DNA from: Prorocentrum cordatum
Lineage: Eukaryota
Assembly (NCBI GenBank): GCA_963575745.1
Contig: CAUYUJ010000003.1
Span: 930,001 to 994,000 of the forward strand
Direction of reading: 5' to 3'
Length of the DNA: 64,000 bases
Below, piece by piece: positions 11,583 to 22,600 of this stretch (positions are counted from its first letter, which is position 1; the number at the start of each line of letters is the position of its first letter). Both the position numbers and the translations under genes were made by a program. The notes under the pieces are model-generated. The model saw only the letters and a list, made by a program, of their open reading frames with translations. It was not told the origin of the DNA and did no database searches.

Positions 11583-13011
11583 CTTGGGGTGAGGCGAGGG
11601 GGACATCACGGAAGGGGATGGTTTGCCAGGGGTCTTCTTTAGGCCGCCCCTGAATTGTATGCCGTTTTCTTGTTCTCCCGAGTTCAATCGCAACGCTTTT
11701 ACTCCTTCGATGGCCCCAAGCCTGCGCCCAGGCCGTGGCAGACAGGAGCCTGCCGAGACACGCCCAGAGGAGCTCCCAAGACGACGCCGACGCCACGGCG
11801 CGCGCCACGACTCGCAGAGTGCGGCAGGTTCGTGTCGTGCAGGCCCCGGCGGTATGTGGCCAGCGGTGTGGTCTGTGAAGGGACGGCTTGCGAAGGGTGT
11901 CTGGCCTCCCTGGCAGTGCTCCAGGGCACTGTCACGCACGCAATCGCCCTGCGGCGGTTGGCAAACCCAACCGTCAGGAGTGGTCCTCTTGACCTCCTCG
12001 GCCCTCGTTGCTCCGCCAGCGACGTGGCGCATCGCCTCCCGAGCGGCATGGCGCCCGAAAGCGCCCGCCACGGAGCTCGCGATGCCACGAGGACCTCCGA
12101 GCCTGCGCGTTGCCCCTGCGGGGCCGACGCGCACCTAGCACCGCTGGTTCCTCACACCGCGGGGATCGTTCGGGCTGGACTCGTCGGCCGTTTCCGACAC
12201 GTCCGAGTGTTCAACACCGACCGACTCTGGGGCGCCGGCAGCGTTCCACGTCGAACGCTGGCGGCGGGATCGCCGCTGGTCGACACGACGCGAAACAGCC
12301 GTGACTACTCGCAACTGGCCTGGATCCGCCGCGAGGGGGCTTCCTAAGACGAAGCCAGGACGAGGGTCAAATCGAGTAAGAATAAATCGAGAATCTCTGA
12401 GATCCGTCGGCTCTGGAAAATTTCTCGGGCGCCGCGGCCTTCTCAGACCGTTCCGTAACGCTCTGAGAGCGTTCTGGAACGCTCTGGAACGAATTGATCC
12501 TCATCATAGCCCCGTCCGGTTTACGATCCATCACATCGAGGCAAGTATGTGTGTTTTTGCTCAGACGCTTGCGAGCAGGCATTTTCGGAGAGCAGTGGAA
12601 CGCGCTCGGTGACAAACGAGGGCTCGAGCAGCTGGGGCCTGGAGGATCGCACCACGTCGCCGATGCAGCCGCGATGCCTCGGCCTGGCCGCGCCGGGGTG
12701 ACGAAAAAGGGGCTGCATACCGCGCCGCATCGCCGATTTGTACCCACAAATTCCACACGGTGACGGTGACGGTGACGACGGTGTTGTTGGTGGCGGTCGC
12801 CAGGGCCGCAGTGCGTGCTGCCCTACCACTCCTGTGGATTTGTTGCCCCCAGGTGGAGGGTGGGGAGCTACAAACGGGCGCGCCGCCCTGTGCCATACGT
12901 CAACGGAGGCGGGTTCCAGGTCCGAGCCAATGAGGCCGAAAGATCAGGCACCCCTCCGCGGGAGCCTTTCGGGCGAGCTTCCTTGGTAGATCTTCGGAGG
13001 TGTTCGCTTGC

Positions 13012-13121
13012 TTGCCCGTTCTCGTCGGTTTTTGTTGGTTCCAACTTGTTGTGGAGGAGCCTGGCGGAACCGCCAGAGGTTCCGAGGAGCCAGGCAGCGT
13101 CGGTCGGGTTGCCGACGCGGC
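13012..13121 (-). CDS. Candidate exon(s) of the TPR gene (RVGNPTDAAW / LLHNKLEPTKTDENGQ), possibly split by a 30-nt intron
   Basis: AG acceptors before 13121 and 13060, GC donors after 13091 and 13012; no homology support. Confidence 0.33.
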
Positions 13122-13178
13122 CTGGCTCGGGCAGCTTGCGCCTCCGATGCGCGCTGCTTCCGGCCGACTGCGCTTCCC

Positions 13179-13288
13179 GATCGCACCTCATCGCCGATGC
13201 ATCGGCGAGTTATCGGTCACGCCGGGGCGAACAAGATCGGGCAACAGATCGCGGCACATCCCTCATGTATCGGTGATGCGGCGCGATC
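13179..13288. mobile_element. Small MITE (family B) copy
   Basis: gatcgcacctcatcgccgatgcat ... atgtatcggtgatgcggcgcgatc inverted ends. Confidence 0.6.
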
Positions 13289-13302
13289 ATCCCGCATCAT
13301 CT

Positions 13303-13517
13303 CAGGTGGTAACCCATGGGAGCCTCCCAGACCATCTTGCTGGCTCTTGCGAATCGACGCTGATCGAAGCTGAGCGAAGCTAAATCGACACTGTTCGACG
13401 CTAATCGACACTGTTCGATGCTAAATCGGCTCTATCCGATCGATTCCCCGACGCTAATTGACGCTAGCGCACCCTAAAGACGGAATGCACACAAGGCTCC
13501 CATGATTTGCGACCGAA
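13303..13517. mobile_element. MITE family A, short copy
   Basis: ggtggtaacccatgggagcct ... aggctcccatgatttgcgaccgaa termini; shared catcttgctggctc and atcgacgct internal motifs. Confidence 0.8.
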
Positions 13518-14069
13518 CCCATCTGGTCAGGCCCCACTTGGGCGGCCCCGAGCCCGCTGGCTGCGCGTGAGGGGATCTGGGCCCAGACAGGCGACGCCCT
13601 GATTGTTTCAATACTGGGCCCCCTGAAGCCCCGACCCTGTGTTGTTTTGCCACGAAAATATGTACACAGGCATCCGCCGACAAATTTGCCTATACCTTCC
13701 TGGAGGGGGGCGGTGTATAGAGTCGCTGGCTTCCAGCGCTGCTCTACACACCGCCACCCTCCCCTGAGGTCTGGAATCAATCCACTGGAGGGTGCCTGTG
13801 TGCATTCATGGCGCTCTGTTTCTTGTCGCCTTCGTGCCTCAAATCGCTCCAGGTGAACCCCACCGCTTGCTGACCGGTGTCTGACATTCTTGGACCACTT
13901 GGCGCCCGCGGACTTACAAGATGTCTGTAGGACCGCATCCTAAGTGATGCTTGAGGGCCTGGCCGCCTCGTGCACTGTCTTTACGCTCACTCCGCCCCGT
14001 CGCCGCGCCCAGGCCGCTACCGCCAAAAGTGTGTGCATTCTTCTGGCGGATCCGTCTGGGGAGACCACA

Positions 14070-14226
14070 GGTTACAGATACCGCTACTCGCTACTCCTCG
14101 GACCTCTCCTTGGGCGCGGACTAGGACTTCGAGGCGAACCCCGTGGTGGCGACGAGGGCCTCCCAGGAGGCCCAAACGGGGAGAACACGAGGGAAGGGTA
14201 GAGGTGTGGGTACCCTTTTCCTCCTC
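14070..14226. mobile_element. MITE-like repeat (family C), second copy at about 51097-51267
   Basis: Shared gataccgctactc, aggacttcgaggcgaa, ggtggcgacgagg and gggta.cggtgtgggtac motifs; ends are inverted relative to each other. Confidence 0.6.
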
Positions 14227-14410
14227 TGATGTGATCGGTCCGTCCGGCCCCGTCCAACAGACGCCCGAAGCGGCAGAGGGGACCCGGCCGGCCGAGGCCC
14301 ATCTGCGCCCCGCCGGCCACCCGCTGCTGCGTCCGCGGCGCCCGCGGCCATGGCGACAGCACGCGGCGCGGGAGGGCCCGTGCGCCACAGCGGGCAGGCC
14401 ACGCCGGGGG

Positions 14411-14580
14411 TCCCAGACCCCCTCGAGTCATGAGGAAATCACAGCAGGAGGTTCGTCTTTATGCTCGGCCTCTCGGGGCCCTCACCTGGCTTCGGGACCG
14501 TCGAAGACATCCTACTCAGGATGAAGAACTGGTCCCGGGGAATGGGTCGAGACCCCTGGGGATTGAAATTGCGACAAACA
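14411..14580. repeat. Interspersed repeat (family D), second copy at 29461-29650
   Basis: Shared cccagaccccctcgagtc, gaccgtcgaa and ggtcccgggg..ggtcgag motifs; the 29.5-kb copy has cccagaccc/gggtctggg inverted ends. Confidence 0.55.
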
Positions 14581-15545
14581 GAAAAAACATGACGTCGGGG
14601 AATCTCGGCATGCACTATGCGACACAACCCAACGCAACGCAACGGCCAACAGCAGTCCACAACGTACAGTGTGTTCTGTAGCGGTGCATCTGCGGAGAAC
14701 TCTTGAGCATCCGAGAAAATGACAGAACACAACATGAACATCAGCATGAACCGTGACACACCACATAATGAGCAGTGCTGGTTTCGACTGGAAGCTTCTA
14801 GATTCTGTATTGGACGGATCAGCATGGACACCTCTTGGGCACGCATTAAGCATGGAGGCTTCCTGGATTCGAGGTTCTCGCCCTAGGATCAGGGGACCCA
14901 AAACCGTGTGGTGACAGACCGCGCGATGACCTTGAAATGCCAAGAGATCTGACCGCGCGAGGGGCGTTAGAGGGACCTCGGAGGCCCCAATCGCCCGAGA
15001 CGTCCTCGGAGAACGACCCGAGTCCCAAAACCGCGCGGTGACCCGGCATCCCCACGTACTCACAAAGCGGCGTGGTCACCACACAATTTGGGGGCCCTCG
15101 ACCACAGGAGGGGACCTACATAGCTCGTTCAAAGAGACCATTAACCCGAAAACGTTGTCAAATCTCGGGGGGCACATCTTTTCCTTCCGCTGGCTTCCGC
15201 CGGCCCGCCGGCGGCGCCGCCCTCGTTCTACTTCCGCGCCTTCCTCCAGCCTTCCGCAGCCTTCCGCCGAAGAAGAGATTGCAACCTCTGGATCCCTCGA
15301 AGGCGAGGCCTTCTCTGGAGCGCCTCACATGTGAACGCCTGTCTCGTCTTTCCTTGCGGTGGCGATCGGTTTGGAGGATTGCGCACCTGTGCCCGACGGC
15401 CGTTTGAACCTGACTCACGTACTAAGCAGAGGAGATTGTGGGGCGCATCTTCCAAGCCCGTCAGGCTGCGCCGAAACGAAGAAAGAAATCCGAGGTCAGG
15501 GGTTAGAGGGAATCCTTCGGGATTGTCTGCCTGTGTCGGACTGGG

Positions 15546-15720
15546 CGAAAGGGGGGGATAGCAAAGGGGGGGGTTGAGAATCAGCTCACGTAGCTGATTT
15601 TCCCGGCGCCTCCCCGCGCCGGAGGCGGCCACGTATCGAGGAATGGGCCCCTCGGTGGGGCCGCAACCAGCTACATGCAGCAGATTTCGTAACCCCCCCT
15701 TTCCCTATCCCCCCCTTTCG
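15546..15720. mobile_element. MITE with G/C-run TIRs
   Basis: cgaaagggggggatagcaaagggggggg...gtagctg pairs with cagctac...ccccccctttccctatccccccctttcg. Confidence 0.65.
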
Positions 15721-16349
15721 TCCGGCCCGACTGTGGAGGCCCTTCTCTGGCCACGGGGCGATCAAAAATCGAACCAGGGAAAATCCGGCTACATACACGC
15801 AAGAGTGACCCTGGGTAAGACTGACCTCTGTTGGGCGGCTTCTTGGGGGCCGGGGGGGACAAAACAGAGGCGCGCAAGACGCTGATATCGAATCACGCTC
15901 GGCGATCGGGGGGCCGAAATGGACCCGCACCAAAGGTCATTCCGCCCAGGATCACGCTTAACCAGACATCTGGCTGCTCCAATTTGCTCGATGCGTCGGC
16001 CCTGGAGGTCCAGACCACTTCCCTGGGGCGGGTGTTTCGTCCTGAGGCGTTGTTTGACGCTCCCGATGCCCGGCGAGGGCCCCCAGAGGCCGAACACTGC
16101 CGAAAACTGTCCGCTGCAATTTTTCTGGGGCGTCGGATCTCTTGAACGTGTAATCGAAAAATTGCCCAGGGCGGCTGTGGATTCCCGGCGGGAACAGGAG
16201 ACCGATGGGGCAGGCATGGCTCGGGTGTTGCCCAATGTGTGCCTGTCCAAGGTCGGCGCCTCTGGCGCCGCCCAGGCGCGCTCCGCGCACCAGAGAAAGG
16301 AGAACAGGGATGGGGGGGGGGGAAAGAAGAGGAAGAGAAAAAGGAGGAG

Positions 16350-16383
<34 letters not shown>

Positions 16384-16419
16384 CACAGCGTCGATAATGA
16401 TTCCTTCCTTCCACCGTGC

Positions 16420-16468
16420 CCCTGGGGCAGATCGGTGAACATCTTCGCGGCCCGGCCGATAGCGCGAG
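16420..16468 (-). CDS. Candidate 5' exon 3 of the TPR gene (RAIGRAAKMFTDLPQ)
   Basis: ttttgaag| acceptor, GC donor, phase-compatible with 16778-16842. Confidence 0.3.
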
Positions 16469-16777
16469 CTTCAAAACTGAGAATTGCACCCAATGCCCTC
16501 TTGTTGGCTTCGGCATGCAGCAGCCGATGGGTATGACATAATAGCACGCTGCCTACTAAACTAGGACAAGAAAGGGGAGAAGGAGGAGGAGGCGGAGGAG
16601 GAGAAAGAGGAAATGGAGGATGAAGATGACGAGGAGGAGGAGGAGGAGGAGGGGAGGAGGAGGAGGGGAGGAGGAGGAGGAGGAGGAGGAGGAGGAGGAG
16701 GAGGAGAAGAAGGAGGAAGTGAGGGACAGGAAGGAGGGAGAGCACGGGTGACGGGATCCACGCAGGTGGCCCGAAAC

Positions 16778-16842
16778 TCTTGACCTTGGCCATCAGCGAG
16801 CCGCGCCGATGTTGAGTGAACCCAAGGATGCGCAGCACACAG
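16778..16842 (-). CDS. Candidate 5' exon 2 of the TPR gene (CVLRILGFTQHRRGSLMAKVK)
   Basis: gggcag| acceptor, GT donor, phase-compatible with 16917-16960. Confidence 0.35.
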
Positions 16843-16916
16843 CTGCCCACGAGGAACCGTGCTCGGACAGGCTACGCCACAGCGCACGGGCTGTCGAGAA
16901 GGAAAGTGGCACTGAC

Positions 16917-16960
16917 CTTTTTGTTTCTTCCCGCGGCGACACATCGGGCCCCGCGGCCAT
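16917..16960 (-). CDS. Candidate first exon of the TPR gene (MAAGPDVSPREETK)
   Basis: ATG in GC-rich context and a strong AG|gtcagt donor; 74-nt intron to the next candidate exon. Confidence 0.35.
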
Positions 16961-17562
16961 CCGCGGCGCCGCGGCGGCGCCGCAGCCAGGTCAGCCCCCG
17001 AGTTTCTTCTTGACGCCCTCACAAGCGAGGAATAGAAAGGAATGATGAGGAGGAGGAGAAAGGACTGGAGGAGTAGGAGGATTTCGATCAGATGTTCATA
17101 CACGTGTGGCCTCGTGGCCTCTTGGAGGCCTCCATGGGCCCCTGGAGGCCCGAAAAGGGCCCCCCAGAGGCCTCCGGAGGCCACTGGAAACTTTGGGGGC
17201 ATCAGGAGACCTCCAGACTGAGAGACACCAAGCGAGCACGGCATCGGGAGGTGCATGGAAAAAGGGCGGGGTGAACAGTGAACAACACAGGTGAGGCGGG
17301 AGAAGATGACTGCTCTGACTAGCGCTCCGCGCCACCTTCTCCAGATTGGGATCAAGTGGTGATGCAAGGGAGTAACACAGACCACGAACTGGCACTTGGA
17401 AGTTCACGGCCTCGGATGGATGACTGAAATGTTCCCGCAGGTGCTTACATGTCGGCCTCAACGCGAAAGCAGCGTCGATTGGAATGGCTGGGCGGTGCAT
17501 GGTGGCATGTAGATATGGATTGCGTGGAAGGGTCGACTGTAAGCCCAGGTACTGGCTCGAAT

Positions 17563-17740
17563 GCATGAACAATGTGGATGGTATGCTTATGCTGGTGGGG
17601 CGTGCTGTTCTTTTCCTCTGGACAACGCGAAGCGCTCAGCACTTAGCAGTGCACGCCTAGGCCACGACGGCCGGGCACAGCGGGCGGGGGAAAAGAAGAA
17701 AAGAGCGGGGCGCGCGCGCGGGCCCGTTGGGCCCATCGGA
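17563..17740 (-). repeat. LTR-like direct repeat (3' side of the Copia region)
   Basis: Diverged direct copy of 28165-28381 (ggtggggcgt.ctgttcttttcctctg, gtgcacgccta, gggcacagcgggcggg, gggcccatcgg). Confidence 0.65.
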
Positions 17741-20700
17741 GGACAGCGGGCGAATCTCTCGCGGCTGTGATTCCGAGAGCACAGCGGACGAAACTCTCGT
17801 GGCTTTGGGCCCGTCTGTGAAAAACGCTAGGAACGCTGGACCCTCATCCTCCGCTGCCTCCTCCCCTCTCCCTCGCTGGCGGGGCGGCATCCCTGAATTT
17901 CTCGAGGGCGATATGCGGGCCGGGGCGGGCGCCGCCGCCGCTCCCGCTGGGCCGCCGCCGCTCTCCCTCATTCCCTCTCCTCCTCGCTTCCCTTCCTCGA
18001 CCTGTCTCCTCGGTTGAACCTCCTCTCCTCCGTCGCCGTGGTTTCCTCGCACATCGGTCGGCTCAAAAGAGACCTTCGCTTCCAGGGCTCTCCTGGGGGC
18101 CGATCGCGACCTGCTCTTCAGCGAAACATCGAGATCTCTCTCATCCACGCGGCCCGCTCATCCACAAAACACAAAAATCCGCGAGCCAGCACATCATGCA
18201 ACGCAGCGTCACCACGGGGCGGAGCAAATTTGGTCAGCGGATTTGCCGGCATCGTGCAATGCGGAAGCCACCGCACTTGGGGATCCGATACGGGCCAATG
18301 CATTCCTGATAACGGCCATCTCAATGGCGTTGCGGTGATCAGCCTTTGACCCCGCCAACTTCTTCGACAGAGTATCAAGCACGCTCTTCGCATCAACAGT
18401 TTCCAGGGAGGGCGCCGCCTCGCCGATCTCAGTCCCGAGGAAGAATCACAGGAAAAAGCTCCTGCGAACCCGTCCAATCAGGAATCCGAGCGTTTCCGAA
18501 AAACGCGTCCGCACATGTGATATGGAGCCACTGGGCTTCGGCAGCGGCACTGGAAATTGACAAGGCCTCTGCTGCAATGACACTACCAACCGCTCTTGTT
18601 AGACGCTGCGACCTCCACGTCAACGAAGTCGCCGCGGCCTTCGAGTTCTCCCGAATCGAACTATCCGAAGCAAACGCTAGCATTCCGCTCTGGGTTCCGC
18701 CCCGAGGAGCGGATCCTGGACCTCTGGCGCCCGGCGCCGTCGCTAAAGCGGCCGAGGCTGCACCTGGGGCCAGATCGCGATAAAATGAGACGCCGACGCA
18801 CGGAGGAACTTGACAACTTCATTAGCCACAAGCGCATCCTGGAGCAAGGGCCCCGGGAGAGCCGCGGCTAAGATGGGTGCGCCGCCAGCCGCGCCCGCGC
18901 GCGATTCACGCCCCAGCCAATGGATCTAGGCGACAGCAGCCCGATTGGACGAAATTTCCTAGGGAGTCAGCGCGCTGCCAACATGGGCCCGTCAGGCATT
19001 GTCCAGGGGAATCGGGGACAGCTGCTCGCGAACGTACCCCTCCTGATCGACGGCCGCCAATCCCACCTCGCGCCGACGCGCGCGCCGCCCTGCGTAGTCC
19101 GCCCGCCCCCCCACACTCGTCAAACTTGACGCGTTCAAAGAAACGCCTCTTCAAATCGGGCGAGACCTCGGCCTCCCCTAAAACGATTCAACCGTCGACC
19201 GCAATGAATATCAGGGGCTCGAGCTCGCCAGGACTGGACCTCTTCGGCCAAGGGCAGGGCTCTAGCAGCGAGGGCTTGAAACTGAGCTCACCTCAGGGAT
19301 CAACGAGGGTGCGATGCCACAAGAGACGAGAGAGGGGCGTCGTTGAGTCCACGCACGGGCGCAACCAACTCTTTCCGCCGTTCCCCTGACAAGCCCGGGC
19401 CAGAACGCGGCTCGACATATATCGCCCCCCCGGGTCTCTCCAGCCTGTCTGTTACCCTGGCACCGGGCATTCTTCGCGTCGGCTATTCCTGGAGCCCACC
19501 CCATCGACGCGATCATCTGCAAGGCCGGCATGATCGATTCCGACTGGGGGCGGGGGCGCAAACTTTCAGCGCCTCTCCGCCGGGGCCCTGCTGGCTGCGA
19601 ACGCACCGCCTGCTCTTCGCCGCGGGCTGCCGACGCCCTCGGTCGGTTTAACCATCTGCGCCATCCTCGAGGAAAGACGCCGACCGGGGCGCCTCCTCCG
19701 AGCAATCCGAGACTCTTCGACCCGGCGCCGTCGTGGATTGCCAATCTTTCGCATCAGAAGCCTCGAAAGGCTGCCTGTCCCCCGAGGCCGCAGCTGCACC
19801 TCGGCCCCTCGGCGAGGGGCTGGACGCGCGGCCACGTCGGCCGCGCCAAGAAAACAGCATTCCAAATCAAGGAAGGCCTCCCCCCCGCCCCCTCAAAGAC
19901 GCGAGACGAGAGCATCGACGGCCACGCCCACTGGCCAACAAAAAGCACAAAAATATTCGGTCCTGGTCGAGGTCCTCTTCCGCGTAGAAGCCCCCCCCTC
20001 GAACATTCCCCATGGCATTCTTCCAGTCACCTCATTCCTGACTAACTGCGGCCCGATGCTGTCGGACTGCACTTTGCCCAGCTCCGTTGCTGGTGCTGAC
20101 GTCGGGGGCGGAGTTCGCCCCCCCCCCCCCCCCCCCCCTCTCGCTGGAGCGCCCTCTTGCTGGTCCGATGCTTGCAGGGTCCCGACCTCGACTCGGACCC
20201 CCGAAAGAGCTGGGCCCCGCCGCGGCCGCGGCAGAAGGAGGGGCCAAGGCGGCCGCTACCGAAGCGCCCTCGCGCTCGGCAATCGCCCTCAAGCCGCTTT
20301 CCGGCACGTCTACTGCCGGGGTCAGCCCCGCCATCCGGGATGGGATCGCGGATTGTCTTGGACTCGCTGGAGCCCCGGTGACCCCCCCCGGGCCCCCACA
20401 GACGACCCCCCCCCCGCGCAATGTCCTCGCCCCCACCGCGACCCCCTGCCCGTCTGCTTTTTCCGCCGCGACGTCCTCCAGGTTATGCTGCCTGACTGTC
20501 AAACGAGGGCGCGACCGACGAGTTGGGCGGCCCTGCCCCCCCCCGCAGAAACGGCCCCACCTCGAGGCGGCGGGCCCCCAGGGCGCTTCCCTCGGCCAAG
20601 GCGTCCGGGCAAATCAAACGCCTCCGAGGGTCGACGCCCTCCGCGGGCCCCGGGCCCCGGCTCGGAACCTCCTGGCTCTCCCGGAACATCCCGGGCCACC

Positions 20701-21779
20701 GGGGGCGGGGGGCCCTCGGATTGAGCGTCGAGGGCCGCTGCCCGCTTGCCTGGCCAACGCAGCTCTTGGCGCAACTGGTCGAAACGAAGGCTGTCCAGGA
20801 GCTCCGCCCCTAGTCCCTCGGGCCCCGGCCTCGGCGACCCATGGCGCGTCGCAACCCGCGCCGCGTTGCGACGCCGATGAACGGCGGCCCCCGGGCCCGT
20901 CCAGCGGTTGCGCTGCAGCGCGCGAGTGCGTTTGGACGCGGCGATCCTGCGTCGCGCGCAGGCCCGTTCGCCTGGTTGGAGCACATTGTCCACGTGCGTC
21001 CTGGTCCTCGAGGCACCGGTTTGCCGGTCGCGAGCGTCGTGGGAAGCCGTCGCTCCCAGAGCTCGCGGGCCCGGGCGAAGACCGCTGCCGCCGTGTCTCG
21101 GTCCATGGCCGCGCACCTACGGTCATCCGCCTCTATCTCATCCACCGCCTCGTCCGACAGCACGCGCCTCGGTGCCCTCGGGCTCCGAGAACCAACTGGC
21201 CAAGGCCGAATTCCCCCCCCTCCTCATGGGGCGTTCTTGCCCGAGACAACCGCGCGCAGCAGCAGCCATGCTTCCTCTCAGCTCCTCGGAACGGCAGACG
21301 ACGCAGCTTCCGACATTGCGGTCTTGAGCGCCCCCCGCATCATTTACGCTTGCCGTTATAATGAGGAGAGCTGGCAAGTATCACTTGAAGATAAATCCCC
21401 GAGTGTTCGCACCACCTGGGAAACTTCCTCTCAAACTCAGCACCTCCACCGGACATGATCATCTCGGGGGGCCAAATGGCCTGATCCACTACTTGGACGC
21501 AGCCGCCAAGACCATCTCGGCCCGGTCATCGGCCAGAAGATAGCATAGCTGGGAATGGGTCCCATGGTCAACCATCTTTAACTCTGGCAGGATCTCCTCC
21601 TGAAATTCCAAATCAGACCGGCACCCTTGTGGGGCCACCAGGCTGCAGGGCCGGAGTTTGCTGCTCCCTGCGCCAGTTCCAGCTTCCAGTTTCCACTGTT
21701 GTAGTTATGCTTCTTGCTTCTTTCTGTTCCTTGATGTAGACCGCGCGAAGAGGGGGCGAAAACTGTCATTTTCACTACG

Positions 21780-22600
21780 CCCAGATCGCGTTCCCAGAAT
21801 TGCAGAGGGGGGTCGAAATTCACGCCCCTCACGCAGATCGGCGGGGGCAAGGTCGAAAAACACAAAAGGATTTGCAACATGTTTAAATTCGGTGGCACCC
21901 CTCGTGCAGATCGGCGGGATCAGGGTCCAAAAACGCATGGGATTTGCCACATGTTGTGAATTCGGCGGCACTCGCGCAGATCGGCAGTGTCAGGGTCCAC
22001 AAACACACGGGATTCGCCGGATTTCTGAAATTCGGCAGCGCACCCTCGCGCAGATCGGCGGGGCCACGGTCAAAAAACATAAGAGATTCGCCACGCGCCT
22101 GAAATTCGGTGGCTCCCCCCGCGCAGATCGGCGGGGTCAGGGTCGAGAAAATACATTGGATGTGCCGCGCTTCTGAAATTCGGTGGCGCCCCTCGCGAAG
22201 ATCGGCGAGGCCAGGGGTCCAAAACAGAAAAGATTTGCGGCGCGTCTGAAACTCGGTGGAACAACTTGCGCAGATTGGCGGGGCCAGGGTCAAACAACAC
22301 GAAAAACTTGCCACAATTCGCCGGCACCCCTCCTGCAGATCGGCGGGCCAGGGTCGCAAAAACATATGGGATGTGTCACATGTCTTGAATTCCGGTGGCA
22401 CTCCTCACGCAGATCGGCGGGGTCAGGGTTTAAAAAACCTAGGGGGGGGGCCACGTGTTCTGAGGTTCGGTGGCGCTTCCCGTGTAGATCGGCGGGGTCA
22501 TGGGGCGAAGAACACATGGGATTTGCAACGTATCTTGAAATCCTGTGGCGCCCCTCGCGCAGATCGTTGGGGCCAGGGTCAAAAAGCACATGAGATTTGC
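21780..22600. repeat. About 72-bp minisatellite (about 11 units) inside the Copia region
   Basis: Recurring ctcgcgcagatcggcggggccagggtc...gaaattcggtggcacc at roughly 65-77 bp spacing. Confidence 0.9.
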
